64,000 nucleotides of DNA from a bacterium (lineage in GTDB: Bacteria; Bacteroidota; Bacteroidia; Bacteroidales; Marinilabiliaceae), in the NCBI GenBank assembly GCA_963658925.1, contig CAVKRQ010000002.1:80017-144016 (forward strand), given 5' to 3'. Shown in pieces: positions 27,347 through 35,956 of the stretch. Below the pieces are notes generated by a model. It was not told where the DNA came from, did not search any database, and was given only the letters and a program-made list of their open reading frames with translations. Position numbers and translations under genes: made by a program. The first letter of the stretch is position 1, and every line of letters begins with the position of its first letter.

Positions 27347-28213
27347 ATGGATTTCGGAAGGAACATACCAAAATATCTTGTCGATAAGGCAAACCTGTTT
27401 CGTCAGGTCCTCTTCACGGCGGCATTCTCTCTCCTTTTCATCAATCTATTCGAGCCCTATGGCTCGCGCGATTGGATGAAGGGCGGGATGTCTGATACCC
27501 GCTATTTCCTTCTGTCCTCTCTCCTCGTGGCGATTGGAATGGTCGTCGTCACCATCAGTCGGCTTATTCTCTATCACCACTGTGTTCGCCTCCGCCGACC
27601 GATACAGCTTTGGGCATACCTCGTCTGGATCACTGCCGAGATTGTCTGCATCTCGTTCGCGTTCACAATGCTCGAGGTGCAAATGTTCGGTGATCAGCGC
27701 CCGATTCTCGACCTCATTAAAATCTCCCTGAGGAACACTCTTTGCATCCTTTTGCTGCCCTACGCGGCCACGTGGCTCTATTTCTCTTGGCGCGACAAGG
27801 ATCGACGCCTTAAGGCCATAAGCGAGTATCGCACCAATCACTCAGCGTCCGATGCGCCTGACATTCAAATGGTCAACTTCTATGACCCGAAGGGCGAAAT
27901 CAAGCTGGCCATAACGAGCAAGGATTTGCTCTACATAAAAGGGGCCGACAACTATCTGACTGTGCATTATGTCGATGGCGCTAAGACGGGGACAACTATG
28001 ATTAGAGGCACTTTCAAAGCCATCGAGGACGACATGAGGCAGCGCGGCATAATCCGTTGCCATCGCTCCTATATGGTTAATCGTGTCCATGTCAGGCTCT
28101 TTGAGAAGACACCCACTGGCTTTGTCGTGAGGCTCGACTCGGCATCTCCCATGCAAATCCCTGTATCTAAAAACTATGCGCAAGATGTCTTTGAACTCTT
28201 TGGTGGCAAGTAG
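27347..28213 (+). CDS. Membrane-anchored LytTR DNA-binding domain protein
   Basis: 288 aa. About four N-terminal TM segments, then a LytTR pattern: IKGADNYLTVHY...MIRGTFKAIEDDM...IIRCHRSYMVNRVHV. Confidence 0.85.
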   Translation: MDFGRNIPKYLVDKANLFRQVLFTAAFSLLFINLFEPYGSRDWMKGGMSDTRYFLLSSLLVAIGMVVVTISRLILYHHCVRLRRPIQLWAYLVWITAEIVCISFAFTMLEVQMFGDQRPILDLIKISLRNTLCILLLPYAATWLYFSWRDKDRRLKAISEYRTNHSASDAPDIQMVNFYDPKGEIKLAITSKDLLYIKGADNYLTVHYVDGAKTGTTMIRGTFKAIEDDMRQRGIIRCHRSYMVNRVHVRLFEKTPTGFVVRLDSASPMQIPVSKNYAQDVFELFGGK

Positions 28214-29102
28214 GATTGGTTTGGCATACACTTTCCGCTTTTTTCTTTTTCTCTGCGCCTCAGCTTTGCTTGTCTCCTGCTCCCGCACCGGACAAGCTGG
28301 CGGCGCGCGGTGCCTGACGGTCTCCAACCCCGCAATGCGCTTTTTCGTGTCAAGGCTCGCTCCTGCTGATGTCTCGGTCAATGTCATGATACCGCAGGGA
28401 GCTGACCATGACTCTTATACACCCCGCCCCACGCAAATGGCGTCTCTCGCCAACTCTATGGCCTATGTGGCTTTCGGACCGCTTGAGTTTGAACTGACTT
28501 GGCGTGACCGTATTGAGGCTGCCGCGCCGGGCATCAAGTGGATTGATGTCTCAAACGGAATCAATCTTATACAACACTCCGAATACCATCATTCTGAGAA
28601 TTCAGAGGAGTCGCATACGCACACCCATGCCGCCGACCCCCATTTCTGGCTCTCCCCCAAGCAAGCGGCACTCATGTCTCGCAACATTGCGGATGCCCTC
28701 AAGTCTCTCATGCCAGACGATGCTCGGACAATAGACTCGTCTCTCGTAGCCCTTCTCTCTGATATCTCTTACGCTGACTCAGCCCTCACAAAGGTGGCGG
28801 AAGATAACTGGGGCGAGACGTTTGTCATCTATCATCCCGCTTTGGCCTATTTGGCCCGGGATTATGGGTTCAATCAGTTATCCGTAGGTGCCGAGGGCTT
28901 GTCTCCGCAGCCAAGGCGATTTGCCATGCTTGCCGATAGCGCGAGACGTGCCAAGGCGCGTGTCTTTTTCCTTCAGCAGGGTTTTGCCCCCGATAGGGTG
29001 GAGGCTTCTGCCGCCGAAATGGGGACAAGAGTAGTTCGCATTCAGCCCGAGTCTGATGACTGGGTCGGAACGATGAATGAGATTACTGAGGCACTGAGAT
29101 GA
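28176..29102 (+). CDS. znuA: Metal (probably zinc) ABC transporter substrate-binding lipoprotein
   Basis: Lipobox LLVSC. His/acid-rich loop HSEYHHSENSEESHTHTHAADPHFW and the DPHFW motif of cluster-9 binding proteins. The start is 28176 or 28185, and either overlaps the end of the LytTR gene. Confidence 0.82.
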   Translation: MRKMSLNSLVASRIGLAYTFRFFLFLCASALLVSCSRTGQAGGARCLTVSNPAMRFFVSRLAPADVSVNVMIPQGADHDSYTPRPTQMASLANSMAYVAFGPLEFELTWRDRIEAAAPGIKWIDVSNGINLIQHSEYHHSENSEESHTHTHAADPHFWLSPKQAALMSRNIADALKSLMPDDARTIDSSLVALLSDISYADSALTKVAEDNWGETFVIYHPALAYLARDYGFNQLSVGAEGLSPQPRRFAMLADSARRAKARVFFLQQGFAPDRVEASAAEMGTRVVRIQPESDDWVGTMNEITEALR

Positions 29103-29764
29103 ACAAGGATGCTCTCGTCACTTTCCACGATGTCTCGGCTGGCTACGACGGGCGTGTCGTGGCCTCGCACGTCTCGTTTGAGGTCGACAGGTCCACATTC
29201 CTAACTCTCGAAGGACCCAATGGCAGTGGCAAGACGACGATTGTAAAGGTCCTGCTTGGCCTGCTGCCGCCCATGCATGGTCATGTCATACGCCATCCGG
29301 GCCTCTCTGTCGGCTATGTGCCGCAAGTGACCTCTGCCGACCTTGAGTTCCCTATAACCTTGTCCGATGTCATACTTATGGGGGCTCCTAAGCCTGCCAC
29401 ACTCTTCCACAGGAAAGCAGATAGTGCCCGGGCCGCTGAACTCATATCTTTCGCCGGGCTTGATTCCGCCGCGCATAATACTATCGGCCAAGTGTCCGGA
29501 GGTCAAAGGCAGCGTGCGTTTCTTTGCCGTGCTCTCATGTCGCGGCCGGACATCCTTGTCCTTGACGAGCCTGTGACCTATCTTGATCGCGATTCGGAGT
29601 CTAATCTCTACACCCTCCTTGCCGAGCTCAAGGGGCGGGTCGGGATTGTCATTGTGACGCATGACCATGGCGCACTTGCCAATGTGGCTACGCAGACGCT
29701 CAATTTCGCCCCTGTCAAGGCCGAGGTCAGTGCGCCACTCGGAAGCTCTTTCAAATTGCGCTAA
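29099..29764 (+). CDS. znuC: Metal ABC transporter ATP-binding protein
   Basis: Walker A GPNGSGKTT, signature VSGGQRQR, Walker B LVLDEP. Its start overlaps the znuA stop (ATGA). Confidence 0.88.
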   Translation: MNKDALVTFHDVSAGYDGRVVASHVSFEVDRSTFLTLEGPNGSGKTTIVKVLLGLLPPMHGHVIRHPGLSVGYVPQVTSADLEFPITLSDVILMGAPKPATLFHRKADSARAAELISFAGLDSAAHNTIGQVSGGQRQRAFLCRALMSRPDILVLDEPVTYLDRDSESNLYTLLAELKGRVGIVIVTHDHGALANVATQTLNFAPVKAEVSAPLGSSFKLR

Positions 29765-29799
29765 ACGAAATTACTACCCACCTCTCTTCCGCCACCATC

Positions 29800-30600
29800 A
29801 TGGAACTCACCTCTTTTTTCAGTTACGCGTTTGCTCGCTACGCACTCGTTAGCGTGTTCTGCATTGCAGTGCTGAGCGGTGTGGTGGGGTCTTATATCGT
29901 TTCCCGCCGGATGGTTTTTGCGGCAGGCGGCATCACTCATGCGAGTTTCGGTGGCATAGGCCTCGCTTATTTCTTTGGCTTTAACCCCACGCTTGGAGCC
30001 CTCGCTTTTGCGGTGGTCACTGCCCTCAGTGTCAACTGGGTCTCCGAGCGAGGCAATGTGCGCCACGACAGTGCAATAGCCATGCTCTGGAGTCTCGGCA
30101 TGGCGGTCGGAGTCATTTTTCTCAGCCTTGCGCCGGGCTATGCTCCCAATCTCATGGGCTTCATGTTTGGCGACCTTTTGGCTGTAAGTTTCGCTGATGT
30201 CGTCGCAAATGGTGTCGCGGCTGTTGTCTGTGTGGCTTGTGCGGTTGTCTTTTATCGTCCGCTGCTCTACTGCTCTTTCGATCCCACCTATGCACGCCTC
30301 TCTGGTTGGCGTCCATCTTTGGTCTCTGCCGTGGCCTCTGTTCTTGTCGCTCTCGCAATCTCGTTGTCCATCAAAGCGGTAGGTATAATCCTTGTCCTGT
30401 CTGTGTTCACTGTGCCGCAAGCCATAGCGATGTCTTTTGTCAAGACGTTGCCGCGCATCATGCTTCTCTCTGGCATTGTCGCATTAATTGGCTGTGTGAC
30501 AGGCCTTTGTTTCTCATTCGCTTTTGATTTGCCTTCTGGTGCGGTAATCACTGCTCTCCTTTCGCTTGCTCTCATAATCGTCAAGTTGCTAAAGAGATAG
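29800..30600 (+). CDS. znuB: Metal ABC transporter permease
   Basis: 266 aa polytopic protein. N-terminal FARYALVSVFCIAVLSGVVGSYIVSRRMVFAAGGITHASFGG is typical of ZnuB/MntB-type permeases. Confidence 0.88.
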   Translation: MELTSFFSYAFARYALVSVFCIAVLSGVVGSYIVSRRMVFAAGGITHASFGGIGLAYFFGFNPTLGALAFAVVTALSVNWVSERGNVRHDSAIAMLWSLGMAVGVIFLSLAPGYAPNLMGFMFGDLLAVSFADVVANGVAAVVCVACAVVFYRPLLYCSFDPTYARLSGWRPSLVSAVASVLVALAISLSIKAVGIILVLSVFTVPQAIAMSFVKTLPRIMLLSGIVALIGCVTGLCFSFAFDLPSGAVITALLSLALIIVKLLKR

Positions 30601-30661
30601 TACGGCAGAGTAAAAAATGCCTTTTTTTTCGAGAAAATGTTGCGCTTGAGAAAATCTTGCT

Positions 30662-30669
30662 TATATTTG
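30662..30669 (+). promoter_or_regulatory. Candidate -7 box (TATATTTG) upstream of the ABC/GIN/membrane/GntR module
   Basis: Matches TAnnTTTG, with GTTG 19 nt upstream. The ATG is 39 nt downstream. Confidence 0.35.
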
Positions 30670-30670
30670 C

Positions 30671-30695
30671 AGTGTACTACTAAAGTATAACACTA
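30671..30695 (+). promoter_or_regulatory. Candidate GntR operator (two GT-rich half-sites) overlapping the predicted transcription start
   Basis: AGTGTACTAC-TAAA-GTATAACACT. The outer AGTGT/ACACT are reverse complements. GTGTAC and GTATAAC resemble GTnTAnAC-type GntR boxes. Confidence 0.25.
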
Positions 30696-30707
30696 AAACA
30701 ATATCCG

Positions 30708-31532
30708 ATGTTAACCATAGAAAATCTCACGTACTCCTATCCGTCAAGCAACGGCAACGTGGTTGACTCTTTTTCGCTTTCCTTCGAGGCGGGCCGGATT
30801 TATGGTCTGCTCGGGGAAAATGGAGTAGGTAAGACTACTCTGCTTGGGCTGATGTGCGGAGTCTTGCGACCGTCATCCGGGCATGTCAAGTTTGGTGAAA
30901 TTGAGGTTTCTCAGCGCGACCCGGAGGTGCTGTCTAAAATATTTTACCTGCCAGACGAGGTCACGCTGCCGTCTCTCAGCCTCAAGACGTATGTCCGTGT
31001 CAACTCGCCTTTCTACCCGAAATTCAGCATTGACGCGCTAAGACGTCACCTCGCCGATTTCGGCATGCCTTCTGAAATAGCCGACATAAGCAAGCTCTCT
31101 CTCGGACAGCGGAAAAAGGTTGCGCTCAGCTTTGCGCTCGCTGCGGGCACTGAGCTTCTGCTCATGGACGAGCCTACCAATGGCCTCGACATTCCGAGCA
31201 AGGGCAGTTTCCGCAAGGTTGTCGCTTCTGCCATGACGGACGAGCGGACTTTTGTCATATCAACCCACCAGGTGCATGATGTTGAGAATGTAATAGATCA
31301 GGTGACTATTATTGACAATCACCAAATCCTACTTGACAAGAGCATTGCCGAAATCTCAGAGACTTACGCCTTTGAGAATGTCGGACTCGGCTCTCAACCA
31401 GGCGATGCCCTCTATTCCGAGCCGACACCCTACGGCGTCCTCGCCATCAGGCGCAAGTCTCCGGATGAGGACGAGACGCAGGTCAACATTGAGCTGCTTT
31501 TCAATGCGGTGACTAAGGGCTTTGTCAAGTAG
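30708..31532 (+). CDS. ABC transporter ATP-binding protein (no fused permease)
   Basis: Walker A GENGVGKTT, signature LSLGQRKKV, Walker B LLMDEPTNGLD. Confidence 0.88.
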   Translation: MLTIENLTYSYPSSNGNVVDSFSLSFEAGRIYGLLGENGVGKTTLLGLMCGVLRPSSGHVKFGEIEVSQRDPEVLSKIFYLPDEVTLPSLSLKTYVRVNSPFYPKFSIDALRRHLADFGMPSEIADISKLSLGQRKKVALSFALAAGTELLLMDEPTNGLDIPSKGSFRKVVASAMTDERTFVISTHQVHDVENVIDQVTIIDNHQILLDKSIAEISETYAFENVGLGSQPGDALYSEPTPYGVLAIRRKSPDEDETQVNIELLFNAVTKGFVK

Positions 31533-31581
31533 CGGTGCGCCATTCCTTGTTCAGTCAATTCTTCATTAATAATAACCAACC

Positions 31582-32367
31582 ATGAAAAAAGCAATATACG
31601 CGGCGGCCGCATCCGCACTCATCTTGTCCCTCTCCTCTTGCGTCATTGAGAAACGTCATGCCTCCGACGGCTCTCTTAACGGAGACTTTGTAAGTCGCTC
31701 CGAGGCCATCAAGCCATTCTCCGAGCTCTGGGTCTCTGGCTATGCTGAAATCATTTTCACGCAAGGCCCGACTGACAGTGTCCGTATTGAGGCCAATAAG
31801 GAAATAGTAGACCTTGTCACAGTCGAGCAGGACGGGGAGACGCTCTCTATCAGTAAGAAGAATGCGTATCGGAAATTCAACCTTTTGGGCAAAGATGACC
31901 GCATCTTTATATATCTCGCTTCTCCAAACCTTGAAAAACTCACTCTCAGTGGCGCTAACGATTTCACGGTCAAGGATTCCCTCCTGACTGATAACTTCGA
32001 TGTCGTCATTTCAGGTTCGGGAGACCTGGATATCAACAAACTCGTAGCGTCCAACACAGTAAAACTGTCAGTCAGTGGCGCTGGCGATGCCAATTTGGAC
32101 AACGTGACCGCAAAGTCGTTCGTCTTGAATATGTCAGGGGCTGGCGATGTCGATGCCAAAATTCATGACGCCCAAACTGTGAAGGTCGGGATTAGTGGTG
32201 CCGGCGATGCCGATTTTGAACTCGATTCTTGCGGCGATGTCTACGTCCGTACATCAGGGGCGGCAGACGTCACTCTCAAGGGTGAGGCAGACACATTTGA
32301 CTTCAGTAAGAGTGGTGCCGGAAGTGTCGATTATGACAATCTCCGCATAGCCAATCCCGGCAAGTAG
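31582..32367 (+). CDS. Lipoprotein with head-GIN/DUF2807-type beta-helical repeats
   Basis: Lipobox LSLSSC. Six evenly spaced SGxGD repeats: ISGSGDLDI, VSGAGDANL, MSGAGDVDA, ISGAGDADF, TSGAADVTL, KSGAGSVDY. Confidence 0.8.
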   Translation: MKKAIYAAAASALILSLSSCVIEKRHASDGSLNGDFVSRSEAIKPFSELWVSGYAEIIFTQGPTDSVRIEANKEIVDLVTVEQDGETLSISKKNAYRKFNLLGKDDRIFIYLASPNLEKLTLSGANDFTVKDSLLTDNFDVVISGSGDLDINKLVASNTVKLSVSGAGDANLDNVTAKSFVLNMSGAGDVDAKIHDAQTVKVGISGAGDADFELDSCGDVYVRTSGAADVTLKGEADTFDFSKSGAGSVDYDNLRIANPGK

Positions 32368-32434
32368 ATGTAGTTTCCCAAGTGTGAAGTTGTCTTTTCT
32401 CCCATTTGCAACCCGATATTAAGACCTTTTTGCC

Positions 32435-33196
32435 ATGAAAAGTTTCTCATTCAGCCGATTCCGAAGCGTTGTCAGATACCTTTTCTTTACCAATAGGCGC
32501 ATGTTGCTCACAATCGCTGTCGTTCCATTCTCCGTCGTCCTACTCTTCGTTGTCTACAACTTCTCGAAAAGTGGCAGCATGACGTTGTATCCTCATGACT
32601 TTGCGAAGTTTGCTGCTTTTTTCGGCTTCTGTTTTTGCTTATTCTCCGCCTCCTGCGGTGCGAGGATGATTTACTCGAGTCGCAAACGAGCTGGCGCGTA
32701 TACCAGGCTGCTTGTCCTCCCCGCGTCAAACCTTGAGAAGTTCGTTGCCCTCTTTGTGGTGTGTGTGCTGGCTCCGCAGGTCTTGTTCGCAGTCTCTTAT
32801 TGGCTGCCTCTCTTCTTGTTCCATTTTTTTGATATGGTTCAAAATGTATATGGCATAAATGAGGCTGTCATTCGAGGGTTAAGCTTTGGTCAAATACTGC
32901 TCACCATCGTCATGCCGGTCTGCTCGCTTGCGGCATTCATTTTCAGCGGGGCGTTTTTCTCGCGCCTGAGGTTTGTCATGGGTGCTGTCTTGCACCTGCT
33001 TTTTTTCGGAGCGATCAGCTATGTCTCCGTACTTGTCGCTCAAATGTATGACTTTAATGAGTACATTGTCAACATGGAGGCTCTTGTCTGGTGGGCCGTG
33101 GCTGGCTACACGGTTCTTACTGTAGCTCTCGTTCTGGTGTCTTACCGACTTTTCTGCCGGTCGCAGGCTGTGCAGGGGCGTTTCTTAGCTGTTTAG
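32435..33196 (+). CDS. Polytopic membrane protein of unknown function (candidate permease partner of the ABC ATPase)
   Basis: 253 aa with about six hydrophobic segments. No recognised motif. The gene is visibly AT-richer than its neighbours. Confidence 0.6.
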   Translation: MKSFSFSRFRSVVRYLFFTNRRMLLTIAVVPFSVVLLFVVYNFSKSGSMTLYPHDFAKFAAFFGFCFCLFSASCGARMIYSSRKRAGAYTRLLVLPASNLEKFVALFVVCVLAPQVLFAVSYWLPLFLFHFFDMVQNVYGINEAVIRGLSFGQILLTIVMPVCSLAAFIFSGAFFSRLRFVMGAVLHLLFFGAISYVSVLVAQMYDFNEYIVNMEALVWWAVAGYTVLTVALVLVSYRLFCRSQAVQGRFLAV

Positions 33197-33199
33197 CCT

Positions 33200-33595
33200 A
33201 TGGTCTGGTTTAATAGTGACAGGGCCATCTATCTCCAAATGGCCGACCGCCTTTGCGACGACATCCTCATTGGCACATATGCCGAGGGCGACCGAGTCCC
33301 GAGTGTCCGAGATTACTCTATCGCTCTTGGTGTCAATACCAATACCGCCGTCAAGACGTATGACTATCTCGGGCGCGAAGGCGTCATCTTCAATAGGCGT
33401 GGCATGGGGTATTTCGTCTCTCCCGGCGCCAAGGAGAGAATATTGGAAGAGAGAAGGGCTGTTTTCATCAAAGACACGATGCCCACTCTTTTCAAGGATA
33501 TGGATCTTCTTGGCATATCTATGGAGGAACTCTGTGGGCTGCACAAGGAGTTTGTCAACGCAAAATCGGCAGATAAGCCTATGTGTGCCGAGTAA
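33200..33595 (+). CDS. GntR-family (YtrA/YhcF-like short form) transcriptional regulator
   Basis: 131 aa. PIYLQ-type start AIYLQMADRLCDDILIGTYAEGDRVPSVRDYSIALGVNTNTAVKTYDYLGREGVIFNRRGMGYFV. Confidence 0.85.
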   Translation: MVWFNSDRAIYLQMADRLCDDILIGTYAEGDRVPSVRDYSIALGVNTNTAVKTYDYLGREGVIFNRRGMGYFVSPGAKERILEERRAVFIKDTMPTLFKDMDLLGISMEELCGLHKEFVNAKSADKPMCAE

Positions 33596-33754
33596 GGTCT
33601 ATTTTATAGACTTTCTTGCTAATTATCGTGCGAAATAAGAAAACAAATCTATCAGCAGTCTTAAAATTAGTGTTTCATTAAGCCTTGCGATGTGTGGTGA
33701 TTGCTCAATAATGGGCTGTTGCCGATGTTTATAACATCGTGAAATACAAATAAT

Positions 33755-33785
33755 TTTGCAGTTTAAAGATTTGTTTATATCTTTG
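33755..33785 (+). promoter_or_regulatory. Candidate promoter (TTTG-N19-TATCTTTG) for rimP-nusA-infB
   Basis: TTTG at 33755-33758 and TATCTTTG at 33778-33785. The ATG is 79 nt downstream. Confidence 0.35.
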
Positions 33786-33814
33786 CTGCGTTCATATAGG
33801 CGTTTGCAACGTGG

Positions 33815-33846
33815 ATAGGGGACTCCGTGTCCCCTATTTTGTTGTT
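33815..33846 (+). terminator. Leader hairpin + U-rich tract upstream of rimP (possible attenuator)
   Basis: Perfect 9-bp stem ATAGGGGAC / GTCCCCTAT, 5-nt loop, followed by TTTTGTTGTT. It lies between the candidate promoter and the rimP ATG (33864). Confidence 0.45.
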
Positions 33847-33863
33847 ATAAACCTCCACAATAG

Positions 33864-34328
33864 ATGATAACGAAACAAGACGTGCTCGATGCCGTAGCCC
33901 AAAAGATAGAAGACGACGGCAATTTCATAGTTGAGGTGTCTGTCGGCCCCTCGAATGAGATCAGGCTCGTGGTCGACAGCGAAAAGGGAGTCCCCATCTC
34001 ATATTGCGAGGAGTTGGACGCCCTTGTCGAGACCAAGCTCGACCGCGACAAGGAGGACTACTCGCTTGAGGTCTCTTCAGCCGGCATCTGCACTGAGCTT
34101 AAGGTCTTCGGCCAATTCCGTAAGAATATCGGCAACAAGGTCGAGGTGACTATGCCAAATGGCGCATGGATTCGCGGCGTCCTTGTCGACGCCACAGAGG
34201 ATGGCTTCGATGTCGAGACCGAGGAAAAGAAAAAAGTCGAGGGCGAGAAGAAAAAGCAGATCGTCAAGACTGTGACCCACTACGCCCTCTCCGATGTCAA
34301 GATGGTCAAGGATATCCTTGATTTCTGA
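33864..34328 (+). CDS. rimP: Ribosome maturation factor RimP
   Basis: 154 aa. Typical position upstream of nusA. RimP-like pattern: VEVSVGPSNEIRLVVDSEKGVPISYCEELDALVE...LEVSSAG. Confidence 0.88.
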   Translation: MITKQDVLDAVAQKIEDDGNFIVEVSVGPSNEIRLVVDSEKGVPISYCEELDALVETKLDRDKEDYSLEVSSAGICTELKVFGQFRKNIGNKVEVTMPNGAWIRGVLVDATEDGFDVETEEKKKVEGEKKKQIVKTVTHYALSDVKMVKDILDF

Positions 34329-34432
34329 CAACGCTCAAACCTGAAAGTTACAATGGCTCGCCTGCCAAGCACGGCAACTGCGACGCCAGAAACAAAGACA
34401 TATAATCTTCCGGCTTTAGAAAAAAAGTTGTA

Positions 34433-35671
34433 ATGGAAAATAACACGCTGATTGATACTTTTGCCGAGTTCAAGGACCTGAAGAACATCGACAGGGCAAC
34501 CATGGTGCGAATCCTCGAGGAGGCCTTCCGCGGTGTTCTCGTCAAGCAGTTCGGCACCGACTCGAACTTCAACATCATCATCAACGCTGAGAAGGGCGAC
34601 TTCGAGATCTTCCGTAGCCGCACCGTGGTGGAGGACGATAAGCTCAATGACCCCAACCTCGAGATCAGCCTCTCCGAGGCAAAGAAGGTCGATGAGGATT
34701 TTGAGGTCGGCGAGGAGGTCACCGACGAGGTTAAGCTCAAGGATTTCGGCCGCCGTGCCATTCTCAGCCTCAAGCAGAATCTTGCTGGCCTTGTGATGGA
34801 CCTGGAGAAGGATAACCTTTTCAACCGCTACAAGGAGCGTATCGGCCAAATCGTCACTGGCGAGGTCTACCAGTCATGGAAGCGCGAGGTGCTTGTCCGC
34901 GACGAGGAGGGCAACGACCTCATCCTCCCCAAGACTGAACAAATCCCCGCTGATTTCTTCCGCAAGGGCGACCAGGTCAAGGCCGTCGTCGCACGTGTCG
35001 AGTTCAAGAACAACAACCCCCTCGTCATCATCTCGCGCACGTCACCCGTTTTCCTTGAGAGGATGTTTGAGAATGAGGTCCCTGAGGTCTTCGACGGGCT
35101 CATCACCATCCGCAAGATTGTCCGCATGCCTGGCGAGCGCGCCAAGGTGGCTGTCGAGTCTTATGACGACCGCATCGACCCGGTGGGAGCGTGCGTCGGC
35201 ATGAAGGGCTCGCGCATCCACTCCATCGTCCGTGAGCTCAAGAATGAGAACATCGACGTCATCAACTACACCAACAATATCCAACTCTACATACAGCGTG
35301 CCCTCAGCCCCGCCAAGGTCAACCGCATCGTTGTCGATGACGACCGCCGCAAGGCCGAGGTCTACCTCGACGCCGATGAGGTGTCTATGGCAATCGGCAA
35401 GGGTGGCAGCAACATCAAGCTCGCCATCCAGCTTACTGGCTATGACATCGATGTCTTCCGTGAGCAGTCTGAGACTGAGGAGGATGTCCGCCTTGAGGAC
35501 TTCTCTGACGAGATCGAGCCATGGATTATCGATGTCCTCAAGGGTGTCGGCTGCGACACCGCCAAGTCCGTCCTCGACCTCGGCTATGACGAGCTCGTCA
35601 AGCGCACAGACCTCGAGGAGGAGACCATCAAGGATGTGCTCGCCATCCTTAAGGCTGAGTTCGAACAATGA
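34433..35671 (+). CDS. nusA: Transcription termination/antitermination factor NusA
   Basis: 412 aa. S1 domain (GQIVTGEVYQSWKREVLV), KH domains (RAKVAVESYDDRIDPVGACVGMKGSRIHSIVREL; MAIGKGGSNIKLA). Confidence 0.97.
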   Translation: MENNTLIDTFAEFKDLKNIDRATMVRILEEAFRGVLVKQFGTDSNFNIIINAEKGDFEIFRSRTVVEDDKLNDPNLEISLSEAKKVDEDFEVGEEVTDEVKLKDFGRRAILSLKQNLAGLVMDLEKDNLFNRYKERIGQIVTGEVYQSWKREVLVRDEEGNDLILPKTEQIPADFFRKGDQVKAVVARVEFKNNNPLVIISRTSPVFLERMFENEVPEVFDGLITIRKIVRMPGERAKVAVESYDDRIDPVGACVGMKGSRIHSIVRELKNENIDVINYTNNIQLYIQRALSPAKVNRIVVDDDRRKAEVYLDADEVSMAIGKGGSNIKLAIQLTGYDIDVFREQSETEEDVRLEDFSDEIEPWIIDVLKGVGCDTAKSVLDLGYDELVKRTDLEEETIKDVLAILKAEFEQ

Positions 35672-35956
35672 GAACTCTGACGGGAGCGACAATTGTCTCA
35701 CAATAGCCGGTGCACCACTGCGCAAGGCGCATTGACATACACGCCACGGCCATGATGCAGGCCGACGTCGTACCAGGTGTTCATGCCGTTGAGATTTTTG
35801 TAGCATTTGGGCGCTAACCCGCATGGTCCCAAGCGCCGTTTCAGTTGTTTAACCTTCGCCACGCCGATGTATGGCCATGACGGACCTCTTCCCCGGTCCC
35901 TGGTCTCGGCCACTATCAAGCGTTGCGACTAAAACATGTGAGTACTAAATTTATAT

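Noticed and set aside
35698-35919. 73-aa antisense ORF inside the nusA-infB spacer.
   Set aside because: No start-proximal promoter box, no recognisable motif, and it lies antisense within a conserved operon. It is treated as chance. The spacer itself is reported as a finding.
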